Below are positions 1 through 14,535 of a DNA stretch of 64,000 nt, piece by piece. This stretch comes from the human T2T-CHM13v2.0 reference genome, Homo sapiens: NCBI RefSeq assembly GCF_009914755.1, contig NC_060932.1; one strand, given 5' to 3'. The stretch's first letter is position 1; every line of letters begins with the position of its first letter. The notes below the pieces were generated by a model that saw only the letters and a list, made by a program, of their open reading frames with translations, did not search any database and was not told where the DNA came from. The position numbers were made by a program, and so were the translations under genes.

Positions 1-1117
1 ACAAAGAACTAAAGGATGTTGCTTGGACTAGAGGAAAAGGATGGGGACTACATCTTCTGTATTTTGGAGCATCCGGGGCTTCACAAAGTGCTTGTCATAA
101 GGCATTTAACAGTGCTTGATGAATATCTAATTGAACATTTCTATTATAAAAAAAAAATACAGCAACCACCTGGTGATGTTAGGTTAATTCCTACTACCCT
201 TCGTCCATAGCTGAATGGCTCTTTGTTGTAATGTGTTGGATGGTACGTAGGTAAAGATGGGAAGGCCTGGGGCTTTGACTTTTTTCAGTCCTACTTTTTG
301 GGTGGTTGAAGTAGTAACTGTCACTAGTCTCTCCCAGTTGACAGGATAATCCTGCACCACTTAGAGACAATTCAGGGATGGTTTGTCATTCAAGAGGCTT
401 AAGGTGGGACTGATTCGGTGGCACCAGAAACATCTCATGGAGCAGCGTGTGTCACAGCATGACTGTCTCAGCCAACGATCCCATATCATGGCCTGTTTGT
501 CTCAGGTTGCTCTCTAGGATCTCATTAGGGATCTCAAGTTCCTCTCCAGATGAGAAGACAATCAAAGGAGATGTGATGGAGGTCAGCTACCACTGAAAGA
601 AAGGAATTCCACTGGTAGATTTCAGAATTTTACACATGTACACACACTATAATGTTAAATGGTATAATTCAAAATAAGACCTCATAAGATGCTGTTGCAT
701 TTGGCTCAGAGTACACCCAAAGACAGCATTTTGAAACTTATCATCATTCACGTGAGATTTGTCAGGAAACTCAGGGAATATTGTGCCACTGTGAATAAGT
801 AGAGATTTAGAACCAAAGTTTCACCTAATGGCTAAAGAGGTTTCAAAGATATTTTAATGAGAAGCTTAGGTTTTGTAACTGAAAGATTCAACAGAAATTG
901 GCTTTGACAGAAAGCAGTTTTATATTCAATATTCTGGTTGCTATGGAGTCCATTTGGGCAGATTATGAGTAATATAAGAATAATATAAACTTCAGCTTCC
1001 AAAGACCTGATGCCCTGGTTAAGAGATGCAGTCACTTGACAAGTGAATGTTGACTAAATTTTTAAATGCCCAGTTTTATAATTGAATATTCCTGCTGAAA
1101 TAATCAAGATTTATGCT

Positions 1118-1240
1118 TGGTCATTCAGTGACTGAAGAAACCTTATTTAGGCACTTTACTACATGTCTAGAATTATGTCAAATGTTAGTTCCACAAAGAA
1201 TTGCATCCATTCAGAGTCTGAGCTTTCTTAATGGCTAGGC
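1118..1240 (-). mobile_element. L2 LINE 3' fragment (degenerate)
   Basis: The pattern cattcagtgactgaagaaaccttatttaggcactttactacatgtctag resembles the antisense L2 3' tail. It is highly diverged. Confidence 0.4.
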
Positions 1241-2042
1241 CAGTGTCATGGAAATAGAGGCACCAAAAAACATGAGCACCGTCAGAATAAAAATAAAATG
1301 CACTAAGCTTGATTATGCTCTATTTTAGGTTTTGTCTGTAAAGAAGTGATCTGCTTTTGTGTTATTTATAGAGAAGACCATATCAGTGTGTAATAATACT
1401 TAAAATAAATAGTAAATAAATAAAATAATCATGTATCCACTATGTGAGTGGTGCATAAAGTTCTAGGGAAAGTGCACATTTAGATGTTTGGGATGTAAGA
1501 CCCATCAGACTAGTTATTGTTGTTAGAAGAAATATGTTAAGTCATATAATGGTCAGTTTGCACTCTATAGAATGAAAATATTAATATCCATAAAAATATG
1601 ACACTTTTTTCTCTATTTGGCAGATAGAGAGTTGAGGCTGTCTTCTAAAGCTTGAGATAAACACACATCCTCTTTCTAGGTTACCTACTGAAATAAATCA
1701 TAGATACGCAGGTGACCTGTGACAAAGTGCAGATCTATATTGTCAGAATGAAAGAACAATTTGTGCACAATCACTAATATTTATATCTGGCATGTGGAAC
1801 TTACATTGCATCATTTTTCAAGGTGTTGAGAAGTATGTATTCTATAAATGCAGCATCCAGGGTTGGGGCTGAGCACTGCGACATGGATTAGATCCACTTG
1901 TCACTGAAAGAGTTCACTGTGGGGTTCGCTCTGCTAGCCTTGCACCCTGTGCACGGTCCCCAGCCGCTGCCTCCAGAGACATGTTGAAAGGTAGAGTGCT
2001 CCACTCCATTGTGCACATCCTACTCACATGGCTGGGCACTGG

Positions 2043-2074
2043 GGTGTGAGTGTGTGTGCGTGTGTGTGTGTGTG
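2043..2074. repeat. (TG)n microsatellite, interrupted
   Basis: Seen directly: gtgtgagtgtgtgtgcgtgtgtgtgtgtgtg. Confidence 0.9.
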
Positions 2075-2627
2075 CATATGTAGGAAAACTTTCCAGTTAA
2101 ATCTTAATGTCCGGTCTTTGGAACACAGAATAAAGTCGCTCTTTCTAAAAGCAATTCATTTTATTTATAGTAGGCACCAGACACGCACAAGACATTGTTA
2201 CTCTAGACCTTCATAAATGTCCAGTTTCTCAAATGTGGACAGGGTTCTGACTTCGACCTTATTTCTGTTGAGAATCATGTGTTTCTTGTTCAGATTCCTC
2301 ATGGTACACCTTGGTATACTTTTTACATCTATTAAAATTTCTCCCACAAAATAGCTAATTTTTTTCTCATACATAAATAATGAACTAATGATTGCATGAG
2401 AATCATGTGCCCAGGATGATGGTGATAGGGTGAGCTGTGGAAGTGTTGATCAGTTATCTTACTCCGTGGCTCATTCGCTTTTACACACCAATATCTATCT
2501 CCAGCAAATGACCACGAGGCAAATTTGTGCGCAGCCAAATCACAAAAGTACCCCATATAATTTGCCTAGTAATTTTCAGATAAACACAAGCAGAAGTGTT
2601 AAATCCATAAATGTGAGTGGTCTACCC

Positions 2628-2941
<314 letters not shown>

Positions 2942-3904
2942 TAACTATAAGACAATTTGACTCTAGGGACTCCTAATAACACAGTTAAGTACTGGGCTCC
3001 CACCCAGGGGACATCTCAGGCACAGCTGAGTTTTGGGGAAGAATCTGAGTGTAGCAGCACATAAGAATATCAGGAAGAGGATTGTGTGCCCACCTTTTAA
3101 TCTCTTCATAGGGCTGACCCATGCACAGTTCTCCTGTGGGCTTTGAAAGTTTGTTCCCCAACTTGAGTTAGCTGTGTGTGTCACAGAGTGAGCAGGCCTG
3201 TGAGCCCTGGCAGACATACTCCTGCTGGGAGGAAACATGTTCTCTTTGTCATTCCTCGTAGGCAGCCTTCACTAACACCAACTAGGGAGATGTCATTGTT
3301 CTGAAGTTATAAATGTCACATTGCTTCTTTCCCAGAGGATTTGATTTTATAGCATGGCTATTGTGGACTTTGAGATGGTTCCAATTTGTTTGGCATTTGT
3401 CATGGTTGTTCTTCATCTCCTGAAAGCTATTTTTTTTTAAAGTGTGATGTCCTTACTTTCCCTGCTCAACTCCAGTCCCCTTTCCTCAAATGCCACTGGC
3501 CAGAGCTGTGTAGGCAGCCAAGGATCAATGTCCTGCCAGGACCAGCCTTGACTCACTTAAGGACACCTCAGTGCCCTGTGGAGGTGCTCCAAAATTTATA
3601 TTATTAAGGATTGAAACAAACCCCTTTAATAATGGTGATTTCTCAGGAGAGAAGCCACTGTCAGCAATTTCTGCATTGCCCTCTGGTTTTTCCAAGGTCG
3701 CTCACATTCTTGTGCTTGTGTGCATACAAATGGACAAAGCGATAAGAAGCATTAGAAGCCTTCTAGGAAAATTGCTACAAAGCAGAGAATGTTATTCCTT
3801 ACACTTAATTGTAGAAGTGGACAGTCATATAGTTTAATCCTCTCATTGTCTTGGTGAAGTAATCGCTGAGATACATTAAATAACCTAGTTGAGTGAGCTT
3901 TGAA

Positions 3905-4105
3905 GACCAGCTATACCAGCTATTGTGTGATCTTGGGCTGACAGCTTAAACTGTGCCAGACTCTCCCCGTCTGTAAAATGAAAATGGTGATATCACCTAA
4001 TTCACTGAGCTGTTATGAAGGTTAAAAGGGTTACTGAACGTCAAACGTTCAGTACAATGCCTATCATATTTTAAAAAGTGTTTTCTATAATAACTATTAT
4101 TACTA
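3905..4105 (+). mobile_element. MIR SINE
   Basis: MIR core: gtgtgatcttgggc...cttaaactg...tctgtaaaatgaaaatggtgata, with tail taactattattact. Confidence 0.75.
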
Positions 4106-4199
4106 AAACAGATCTCCTGACCCCACCCAGCAGAGGGCTTCTTCTATCATTCTATCATGTGTTCTCCTGGCAAAATAAAACCAAAACCTGTCTTTGTAC

Positions 4200-4392
4200 T
4201 GTGGTGGAAGAGAGACCCCTGAGCTGACCATCAGAACTAGACCCCATGGTTTCTAGTCCTAGCTCGACACTAACTAGTTGTGTGACCTCAGAAAATTAAC
4301 CCAACTTCTTTTGACCTCCATTTCCTCATTTGCAACATAAAAACCAGAGTTGGAAAAACCTTTTGGAACTCTTCCATCTCTAACAGTTCTGG
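4200..4392 (+). mobile_element. MIR/MIR3 SINE
   Basis: ggtttctagtcctagctc...actaactagttgtgtgacctc...tttcctcatttgcaa, ending cttccatctctaacagttctg (MIR3-like 3' end). Confidence 0.75.
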
Positions 4393-4569
4393 TCTGCATA
4401 GACAAAAATGGCCCCGCTTATACGTCCTATCTTGCTTCCTACTGTTGGTTGTCACCATGGCCCCAACTACCTTGGTGTTCCCCAAAGAATAATCCAAGAC
4501 ACTCCTCTCAGTAGCAGAGAATTCAGAATGTTTACTTTTTGGCATCTTGTTGGTGGGGTATGGCATAGT

Positions 4570-4995
4570 TAAGTGGATTTATCTGAGGACTAGGGAAATA
4601 TGAATGATAGTGAGAACCTGTTCTTTGTGTTCCCAGAAAAAATTAGACAAGAGGAAGAGGGCTTAAATATGGCAGGAGGAGCTAGACATCATGAAATCAG
4701 AGATTGATTGGTATGGAGTCATAAAATATCAAAGTTTACTAGTAGAAAAAAATCCTGACAATAAAAACTGAATTGAATTACCAAACAATATTTGGAATAT
4801 CTACCTTAGAAACTTTAAAATAAAGCAGGCTAATTTTTCTGAGATGGTTTAACTACAACTCTGTCCAATGACAGGAGCATGACAACATTCCACCTATTCA
4901 TTCACTCACTCATCCTGCATTGAGTGAGTGACTGCTGTATGCCAGTGCCGACATGCAAGACTTCTCAAAATTTCTTTCAGTTCTAACGTTCTCAG
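4570..4995 (+). mobile_element. L3/CR1 LINE 3' fragment (degenerate)
   Basis: ctgttctttgtgttcccagaa...agggcttaaat and a 3' end ttctttcagttctaacgttct resemble the CR1/L3 3' region. Confidence 0.45.
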
Positions 4996-6136
4996 GTTTT
5001 AGCAAGAGGGGTATTGTTTTGCCCCAAAACAGGCCATCTCTCACATTTTCAGACTGGTATCCATTTGTGGCTTTTGTGCTGGGCCGTTGATCATTAGAAA
5101 GTAATCTGTAGCCTGAAAATGATTGATTTTTAAATAGCCGAAGTGTATTAATCAGCTTTTTGTACAGATTGAAGGAGTATGTTTCAGCTTTGCATCCTTA
5201 TCTGTAAATGCCAAAAGCACAACTAGCTTGAGGTAGAGTATTTATTCTCTATGTTCTCGCTGAGAAATTGTCTAAGTCGATTTTTGTTGCCTAGATAATA
5301 ATACAGCTTTACTTTGGTTTCTTGGAGTGCAGCAATAGTACAGAATGGATTATAAGAAACAGTGCACTGTGACTGGCATAATGGAATATTGTCAGAAGAC
5401 TATCAGTTTTACCCTTTTTTATTTATCTTCTGTGTTATTCCCACTAATATCACATTATAATAAAATTACATATTTGAATATAATCATATTTTCTTTTCAA
5501 TGAAAGCTGGAAAATTTAGAGAAGTATTTATAGAAGAGTTTCTTCCTCTAGCAGAACCTAGAATAACAAGCTCTCCTAGAAGACCTTAATTATACTCATT
5601 CTTTTTGTGCAGTGACATTTAAACACAATGTTATTATAATTATATGCATAATAAGCTATATCTTGATGTCAACACATGGATTATAAACCCTTCTATTTGA
5701 ATTAAATACTGGTTCAAATTAACTAAATCATCTTAGGTTAGATAGTTGAAAAGATTCATGAGTCGGAGGTAGTTTATAATGACCATCAATAGCAGCACAC
5801 ATTTCAGCATTTGTTGACCATTAATCAGTCAGGGATTATCTGTAAAGGCACAGCTGCATGGAGTGGTGTGTGAATATACCTTTACATGAATGAGCATAAA
5901 TTGGATGGATATGCAGCTGCTGTATCCAAGTCTTCGTCAAGGAAAATGAATATGCAATGTTGATAGCTCTAATGAATTTTATTTTAGAGAGGTAAAACAC
6001 CAACTTTATTTGAGAGATAACTCATTCCCTATGTATCTTCTCTGCTAATATAGCTCAGGGGTGTCAGTGTGGCGAAAGGAACTTGGGAGACATTTTTCTA
6101 GCGTCACCAGGTATATTCATACAAAAATACGTATTC

Positions 6137-6431
6137 TTTTTTTTTCTTTGAGACGAAGTCTCACTCTGTCACCCAGGCTGGAGTGCAATGGTGCGATCTT
6201 GGTTCACTGCAACCTCCGCCTCCTGGTTCAAATGATTCTCCTGCCTCAGCCTCCCGAGCAGCTGGGATTACAGGCACCCGCCACCACACTTGGCTAATTT
6301 TTTGTATTTTTAGTAGAGACGGGGTTTCACCATGTTAGCCAGGCTGGCCTTGAACTCCTGACCTCGAGTGTTCCACCCGCCTTGGCCTCCCAAAGTGCTG
6401 GGATTACAGGTATAAGCCACCGCACCTGGCC
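6137..6431 (-). mobile_element. Alu (AluS-type), full length
   Basis: Complete antisense dimer with TSD-like flanks aaaatacgtatt / aaaataggtatt. Confidence 0.97.
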
Positions 6432-7074
6432 CCAAAATAGGTATTTTTTAAAAATTATTTCTTTCTCACTAGGCTTTCTTGTCTAACAAAAGAGATTCAC
6501 TTTTCTCTCAAATACGGAGGAGTTACTTGACACAGATCACAACAGACTTGCTAATGAGTAGTATGAATGAATGATGCCAATGATGGTATCAATGCAAATT
6601 GATTGAGGAATCCATTGAATTAAAACATTAAAGTTAGACTTAAAGTCCTATTGGCAGATCTTCTATGAATAGATCCAAGCTCCTACTATGTCTCGAGAGT
6701 AAATTTGCAATTACAAGAAAATGAACCAAGTCTTATTTAGGACACCTACTCTGGTTTCTGATGTTGTTTTGGTACTTAAGCTTAAATGTCAAATAAGCAT
6801 CTAGATTCTCCAGCTCATCCTTTGTGAGAATTAATTGGTTGGGTCTAATATCATCGTTTCTTTCTCTGTGTGTGTCTCATTCTGACCCTAACAACAGTGT
6901 CATCTCCTTGCATCCCACAGGTGTTCTCTATGTGTCACTCTGATAACTATTCCACAAACTTTTCTACATCCTCCCCTCATATCTCTACATTTTACACTCC
7001 TCCCTTCTCTCTTTTCTCCTCAGCCCCTTCCCTTCTTTACTGTCCTCCTTCCTTTCATCCTTCCAGAAACATGT

Positions 7075-7620
7075 ATTATTTTTATTGAAATATCTTAGCC
7101 AAGCTGAGGGACCACTACGGATATGCAGTAGGCATTTGATAGACATTCGTGGAGCAGGTAAGTGAATAATTTGTATGCATTTTAGAAGGGTCATGTGGAC
7201 AGCAGCATGAAGGTTGAGGCAGTAATCCTATTAGAAGCCTGCTGCATCCCTGCAGGCAGGAGATGATGACAGTGACTTTGGGGATAGAGGAAAGGAAAAA
7301 GGTGAAAGAAGAGGAAGTCAGCTGGTAGAATGAAGAGGACTTCGAGGTTGACTTCATGAAGGTCAGCTGTAAAATACAGCTATGGAGCACCGAGAAGATA
7401 AGCATTTTTGTGCTGGGAAATTTAAGACCAATCAGCTTAAAAATCTTCTCCCATGTGAATCCTTTTTGAACTCCCTCAGACTGAATTAATTGCTCCCTTA
7501 TCTTGATTTCCATAATGCTATATGTTATTAAAATATTTGTTTTTGTTGATTTTCAGCATCTAAAAGTTATGATCTCCCAAAGGCCAAGGCTGTACCTGAC
7601 TCTGTGTTGTTCCCTCCTCA
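7075..7620. mobile_element. L2 LINE fragments (mixed orientation)
   Basis: gaggcagtaatcctattagaagcctgctgcatccctgcaggcaggagatgatgac resembles the antisense L2 body. Flanking pieces resemble the sense L2 3' tail. Confidence 0.5.
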
Positions 7621-7639
7621 TGTATTCCATGACTTACTT

Positions 7640-9960
7640 GCTATCCATTATTCTTTTTTGAAGTGTCTACTCAGATCTTTTGCTATCTTTTATCAAATTT
7701 TTCGTTTTCTTATTGTTCTAGTTTAAAAATTCATTATGAATTTTGAAAGTTAGTTGTTTTTTTTTAATTGAATATGTGGCTTATAAATGTTACCTTCCAG
7801 CCTGTGGCTTGCCTTCTCATTCCCATAACATTCTCTTTCACAGAGGAAAAGTTTTAAATTTTGGTAAAGTCCAGTTTATCAATTTTTTTCTTTTATGGAT
7901 CACACTTTGGGTGCATTTCTTTTATGGATTACACTTTGGTGCATTTCTTTTATGGATCACACTTGGTGCATTTGCAAAAATAAAGATAATACAGATTTTT
8001 CTACTATATTTTCTTCTAAAAGTTTCATAGTTTTATGTTTTAGATTTAGTCTATAATCTTTATTGTTAGTGTTTGTACATGAGGTGAGGTAAGTGTCAAG
8101 GTTTATGTTTTTACATTTGGATGTCTAGGGTTTCTTTTTGTTGAAAAGGCTTCCATTTCTTAATTGAATTGCTACTTTACCTTTGTCAAAAATTGATTGA
8201 CTATATTTGTGCACATCTATTTTTGGGATCTCTGTTCTGTTTTACAGCTCTATGTGTCTATGGCTTTACCAATACCACATAGTTTTGATTACTGTAGATT
8301 AATAGTATGTTATAAAATTGTGTAATATGAATCTTTCAACTTTGTTATTTTGAAATATTGGCTTGACTATGCTAGACCTTTTGCCTTTCATATAAAGTTT
8401 ACAATCAACTTAACATATACAAAAAAATTATCCTGAGATTTGATTGGAATTGTGTAGATCTGTAGATGAGTTTGGGAAAAATTGAGGTCCTAATTATATC
8501 TCCCTAATTGTGTCTCCCAATCCATGAACATGGTATCTCTCTCCATTTATTTGTCTTAAAACGTTTGTAATGAGCATTTTGGTAGTTTATGTCTTTCAGG
8601 AATTGATTGATTTTATCTGCATTGTCAAATTTATGAGGAGAGAGTTGTTCCTAGTATCCCATTATTATCCTTTTAATGTCTATGGGGTTAATATTGATTT
8701 TCTTTTTTTATCCCCAAGATTAGTAATTTCTGATTAGAGTTTATCAATTTTATTGATCTAAGAATCAGCTTTAGCTTCATAGATTTAAAAATACATATCT
8801 TTCTATTTTCAATTTCATTGATTTCTGCTCTAATATGTATTATTGCCTTTCTTCTGCTTGCTTTGGATTGGAATTGATCTTTTTTCCTCTGGTTTCCTAT
8901 GGTAAAAGCTTAGGTTAATGGTTCAAGACTTTTCTTCTTTTGAAAATGTAATCATCAATGCTACTTTTCTCTTATCACTTTTCTCTAATGCTGCTTTAGC
9001 TGTGCCCATAAATTTTTATGATGTATGTTCATTGTTCATTTTCATTCAATTCAAAATATTTTAAAGTTTATTTTGACACTTCCTCATTGATCCATGGGTT
9101 ATTTACAAGTATACTGCTTAATTTTCAAATTCTTAGGAATTTTTCTTATATCTCTCTGTTACTGATTTAGAGTTTAATCCCATTATGACCTGAGAACATG
9201 CTTTGTATGATTTCTATTATTTTAAATGTGTCAAGATTTGTTTTATGCCACAGGATGTGGTTTATTAGGGTGAATGGTCCCAGTGCACTTGAGAATGTCT
9301 ATTCTGCTGCTATTGGGTGGAATGAGCCATAAAGGTCAGTTAGATCAAATTGGCAGTTAGTGTTGTTCAAATCATCTATATCCTTACTTATTCTCTGCCT
9401 ACTTACTGTATTAATTACTGAGAGAGGAGTGTTGAAGTCTCTTAAGTACAGCTGGGATTTGCCTATTTCTCTTTTCAGTCCTATTAGTGTTCTCTTTATG
9501 TAATTTGAATCTCTATTAGGTGTGTACACATTGAGGATGGCTACCTTTCCCCTCCCCCTGCCAGCTCCATCAAGGATGCTTTCTCAGGATTCTTATCAAA
9601 CTTTCCCGAATGCCTAATAGGGTTCATGGAGAGAAAGCTGACCAGAGTGTGAACACGTTTATTCTGCATCTACAGGGCTTCTCCCTTTTTGATAGCCCAT
9701 ATTTAGCCTATAGCAATATATTAAAAAAAAATTTAGCTGAATCTTCTTAACAGTTTACATGGAGTGTTTGCAATGCTGGGTTTTGTTGGTCCCTGTAGAT
9801 ACCTTTCTGACCCCAGATGCATCTTGGTTGGTTGCTGTCCATCCTTAGTGTTCTCATGGGATTAAGAAAAGTTGTTAATATACTGTTTATTTACCCTTTT
9901 CCTTATTGTAAGGGTGGGAGTGATACTTTCAACATCTCTAAGCTGAAACTAGATGTCTCG
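7640..9960 (-). mobile_element. Old L1 (L1M-class), fragmented and internally deleted
   Basis: ORF 9299-9529(-) YTPNRDSNYIKRTLIGLKREI...RDFNTPLSVINTVSRQRISKDIDDLNNTNCQFDLTDLY..FHP matches the L1 ORF2 endonuclease region. 7640-8560 is T-rich ORF2 3' sequence. 9540-9960 resembles an L1M 5' region (less certain). Confidence 0.88.
7887..7973. repeat. Three-copy tandem repeat (29/28/27-bp units) inside L1
   Basis: tttcttttatggatcacactttgggtgca / tttcttttatggattacactttggtgca / tttcttttatggatcacacttggtgca. Confidence 0.92.
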
Positions 9961-11973
9961 CAGATAATTTTGAGATTTGAAAATCTCTGTGTTTTTCTTG
10001 TTGCCACCATATTACTCAGCGCAACTTGTGCTTTTTGCCCTTTTGCTTCTCTTGTTGTAGGAATCAGAGTCCCCTGAAGCCCTTTGCTGGGAGAATTTTA
10101 CTTACATCTTTCTGGACATTACCAAGCCTTGACTTTTCACAATGGAAGTTGTGTATTTTTCTGCTGTTTTCTTTCATGTGTATCTGCTCTGTGTGTCTGC
10201 ACAATTACATTGGCTCTTCTTTGGAAACAAACTTCGTATACATCTCTGTGCCACGCTGGGTTTCACTGTTAAGTACGTGTTAAATAAGGGTGGTGATGAT
10301 CTCAGTGATAATTTTGGTAAACATTAGTCACCTTTACAACCTCCAAAAAATTACTTCTCCAATGTCAACCTTAACTCTTATGTCTTCTAATCAGGATGTC
10401 TGTTGTGTTTAGGTAATATAAATTATTATTCTCGGGTGTAGATCTATTTTTTTCTTTTTTAAGGCTAAATAATTATTAGTCACAGCATAGTAATATGCAA
10501 CCAAAGGGTTATTTAATTCCCAAAAGTTATGAATATCAATATCTTAATATTCAATAGTGAACATGCCCAACAATGAATGCCAATCATTAATTACAGTTCG
10601 TCTAACCTTATACCATTTGAGGTTCAGTTTAAAATTATTAAATAAAAAATGCACACAGCCAAACAATAGTTTCTGCACATAAACTGATCTGAGCCATTGT
10701 ATTTTTAAGCAGTAACACAAAGTAAATTTATTTTTTAATAGCTTGGTTTGATGAAAAGGGATCAGAGAAATATGGCAATTCTGTTTTTATTGCTTGAGGC
10801 AATCTCATTTGCAAAATCATTTCAAATCAAAGTTCATCTATCACTATGTAAACGACATGGAATAATTTTTTCAGTATTGATATGTTTCAGTTGAGAAATC
10901 CCACTTCAACCACTGGCATTGAGGCAATAATTCCTGTTGAAAGGTCACCTTCTCATGCTTTATTTCTTCTTAACTTCTTTACACTACTGATGTGCATGTA
11001 TTCCTTTTCAATAAACTATTTTTCTTATCAGCTGGATTTTCTGATGGACAGAAACAGAAAATAACCATAATTTGAACGCTCTTTTAATAATTGAGAGACA
11101 ATCCAGGAGCTAATAAAAGGCCTTCTTGCTAGCATACCTGTTAATATAATATTTAGACTAATAGTAATGAAACAAGCTTGAACTTTTTATGAAAAGCAGT
11201 TGTAAATATTCAAGTATTATTTGGAATTCTGGAACATTTGGGCTCCAGGGCTTGCCATCACTTTCTATAGCTAGGTAAAAGGTACCTGTTTTAAATACTT
11301 AGTTCTGGGAAGAGAACTATGTGCCTCATGGCTCTAGCTGAAATTGCAGATTATTCACTCATTAATGGACAGTGGGAATTTCTCAGAATAGAGTATAAGA
11401 GAGTTTGATTCCACCTAGATTGCCTAGTTGGCCCTCAACTACCCTACCACTTTTGATCATTCTGGGGACTTCATGCAGTCAAATTATTGTTAATTTCATG
11501 TGACCCTCTTAGACTCAAAAAAGGCCAGTGGTGTTGTTGATATACCAAAACCTAAAATTGATCATAAAAAATCATTTGTAATTGCCAAACTATATTTTGG
11601 GGAAAGAAAATACTTCATATTTACATTGAAATAAGGGTCATTCTAAGGTTTTAGACATTCAAAGTCTAAAACAGTGTGGTACAGGCAAGCTGCAAACACA
11701 GTCATTCAGTTTTCCCACCCTTCTGGCTGCAAACCAATTCATCTCCCAGAATAATGTGAAAGATCAACAAGTTTGACCCTCGTATCAAAACTGCTAATTT
11801 GTATTTTTCCTAAAGGGCAGAGAAATAATAGTTTAGATTTAAAAGGTCTTCTCTTCTGATTCTTGCACATACATAGGCCCCATTTATTTTAACAAAATGC
11901 TTAATTAAGCCAAAAAGATGACCATATCAGTAAAAATTTGAAAACAATATTTGCCTTTAAAAATTCAAATAGA

Positions 11974-12282
<309 letters not shown>

Positions 12283-14254
12283 AAAAATTCAAATAGAGAT
12301 GAACCCCTGACATAATCAACTGTGTATTCTTTTATATAGAATATATACTTTTTTTTCCACACTCAGATGTGCTTAATAATATATCCTGTTTTTCTTGAAG
12401 GAAAATATGATCCCCCAGATTAAGTAATAATAGTAATGAAATAAAAGATTGTTATATTTGTAATCAGTAATTATGCAATCACCAAATAAGTGGCTGGTAT
12501 CTAGGGAACAAGCAATTATATGAGCTATGATTACTAAAGAAGTAATTATGATGGAAGATAAACCTCTCTTAGTTGCGCTATTTTTTTTTTCTGAAGACTG
12601 GCATTTACATAATGGTTCCTAATCCACAGAGAATATTTGTTTAGGTCTGAGAGAATGTGTATCTGTCATGCACAGTTTAGTACAGGAACCCTTGCCTTTC
12701 ACAGCCTTGACATTCTCAATTTCAGCTCTTCATTAGTGGTTTGAAGGACAGTGGCTTCCTGTAACTTTTCTATGGCATGAATTTGAATCACTTGCTGTAG
12801 TGTTTCTGCGGGGGAATCTAGACTGCCAGGCACCACACTCCAGTGTTACTCAGGTCCGACATGTAGAGTCTCTTCTCTAGTGGGAAAATCTCTGTTTCCA
12901 GGACCAAAAAAAAAAAAAAAAAAAAAGAAGAAGAATACCTGCTATTGATAGTGACACAATTAAGGAAATATAGTGAACACATAGATACACTAAAAAGTGG
13001 GGAGAATTATAGACTGAAGTTGTTGTAATGAATTTGGAAATTCTTAAGATTCTGAGATCATGATGTCGTAATTAGGAAGGGGCTTTAATGAACTTGGTTG
13101 ACAGGTGAGTCAAGTCGACCAGTGTCCCCTTCTCAGGAATCTGACCATCAAGACTTGGTTTTAACTGGCACAATGTGACATAAGAACTTTACTTTAGAAA
13201 TAATAGCACTTAAAAAATTATATTTGGCAAAAATACCTTCATTTCAGGTTATTGTTATTGTTTTCTATTTGTCTCTGTTTGGGGATGTTTTATGTTTTCT
13301 TAGCTCATTGGTAATTCTATGTGTTTATTCATGCTGCACATATAGAGAATAAGAGCTATGGTAGGCAGAGAAATTGAGATAAGACAAGATCACCAATCGC
13401 TGAAAACATATGATAGATCAAAAGTTGCAAGCAGGTCTCATGAAACATGTCCAGGAGTTAATTTATTTTTTGTAAGCAATTTCTTGCATTTAAAGTGACG
13501 ATTAATTATATAAACCATTTCTTTTGCAAACATTTAAAGATTGAGTTTTCTCTATGTACTTGGAAATTTAAGTGCTTTTTTTCAGAATGTGCATCCTTTT
13601 TTGCCTTTTCCAATGAAGACAAAAATCAAAATAACTTTTGCCTAGTGCCGGTATCATTTTTTAACCTGTTAAAGTAATGCTGTTAATTCTGTTTTATAAT
13701 ATAAGACATATTTTTAAGTAGACACTTGGGTTTGAATTCATAGGAACTTAGAGGAGTATATAGTTGAGTTACAACTAGAATTAAATCTATGAAACACCTC
13801 TTGCAACTAATCTTTTAAAGTTGTTTAGTAGTGTTTCATGAGTAATAGTCATGTTTATTGTCTTACTCTTCTAAGTCTTAACCATGAAATGAAGTCGATT
13901 TGATTTATTCTTAATTTTCCTTTATAATGGTGGGAATTGAATTTACCAAATTCAGAGTAATTACTTATTTCTCCTAAAAAGACAAAACAACCTCTCAACT
14001 TTGAGGTCTTATAATAATCCACAATTTGTCCAAAGTAATCCTTAGTCATTAAAAGAAGCCAAATAGTAAGAATAAGACCTCAAGTTGAGACTATACCCTC
14101 TTCCAAGACAGTCGTTCAACAGCTCCTGTCTCGTGCATCCTCTTAAGTTTAAAGACAGGAACGTTTTCTGAAGTGTCTCCTTTGAAAACAGAAACCTGAA
14201 TTCCTGATATTAACCAAGTAAGTTGATACCTATACAAGAGTAAAGTGAAATACT

Positions 14255-14535
14255 CAAGAGTTTTTGGGTCTAGGGTCAAACTGCTAGGGTTTAAATTCCT
14301 GTTCCAGCACTTTCAAGATGGGTGACAAAATCATGAAGATGCTTAGTAATTGTGTGAGTTGGGCATGTTACTTAACCCTGCTAAGCCTCAGTTCCCCCAT
14401 CTATAAAATGGCAATAATAATCAAAATACCTACTAATAGAGTTGTTGGGAGGATAAGCAAGATAATGCAAGTTAAAGTCCTTAATACAGAATCTATCCAT
14501 AACAAGTGTTCAGTTAAAGTCGGTTATTATTATTT
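14255..14535 (+). mobile_element. MIR SINE, near full length
   Basis: tgtgtgagttgggcatgttacttaaccctgctaagcctcagttcccccatctataaaatggcaataataa...gttattattatt. Confidence 0.85.

Noticed and set aside
4032-4054. 10-bp hairpin tactgaacgt-caa-acgttcagta
   Set aside because: It is short, lies inside a MIR and has no supporting context.
4902-4931. 11-bp hairpin tcactcactca / tgagtgagtga
   Set aside because: The arms are low-complexity (TCAC)n in an L2-tail-like context.
9299-9529. Endonuclease-like ORF
   Set aside because: It is a decayed fragment of L1 ORF2 surrounded by stops and frameshifts, not a gene.
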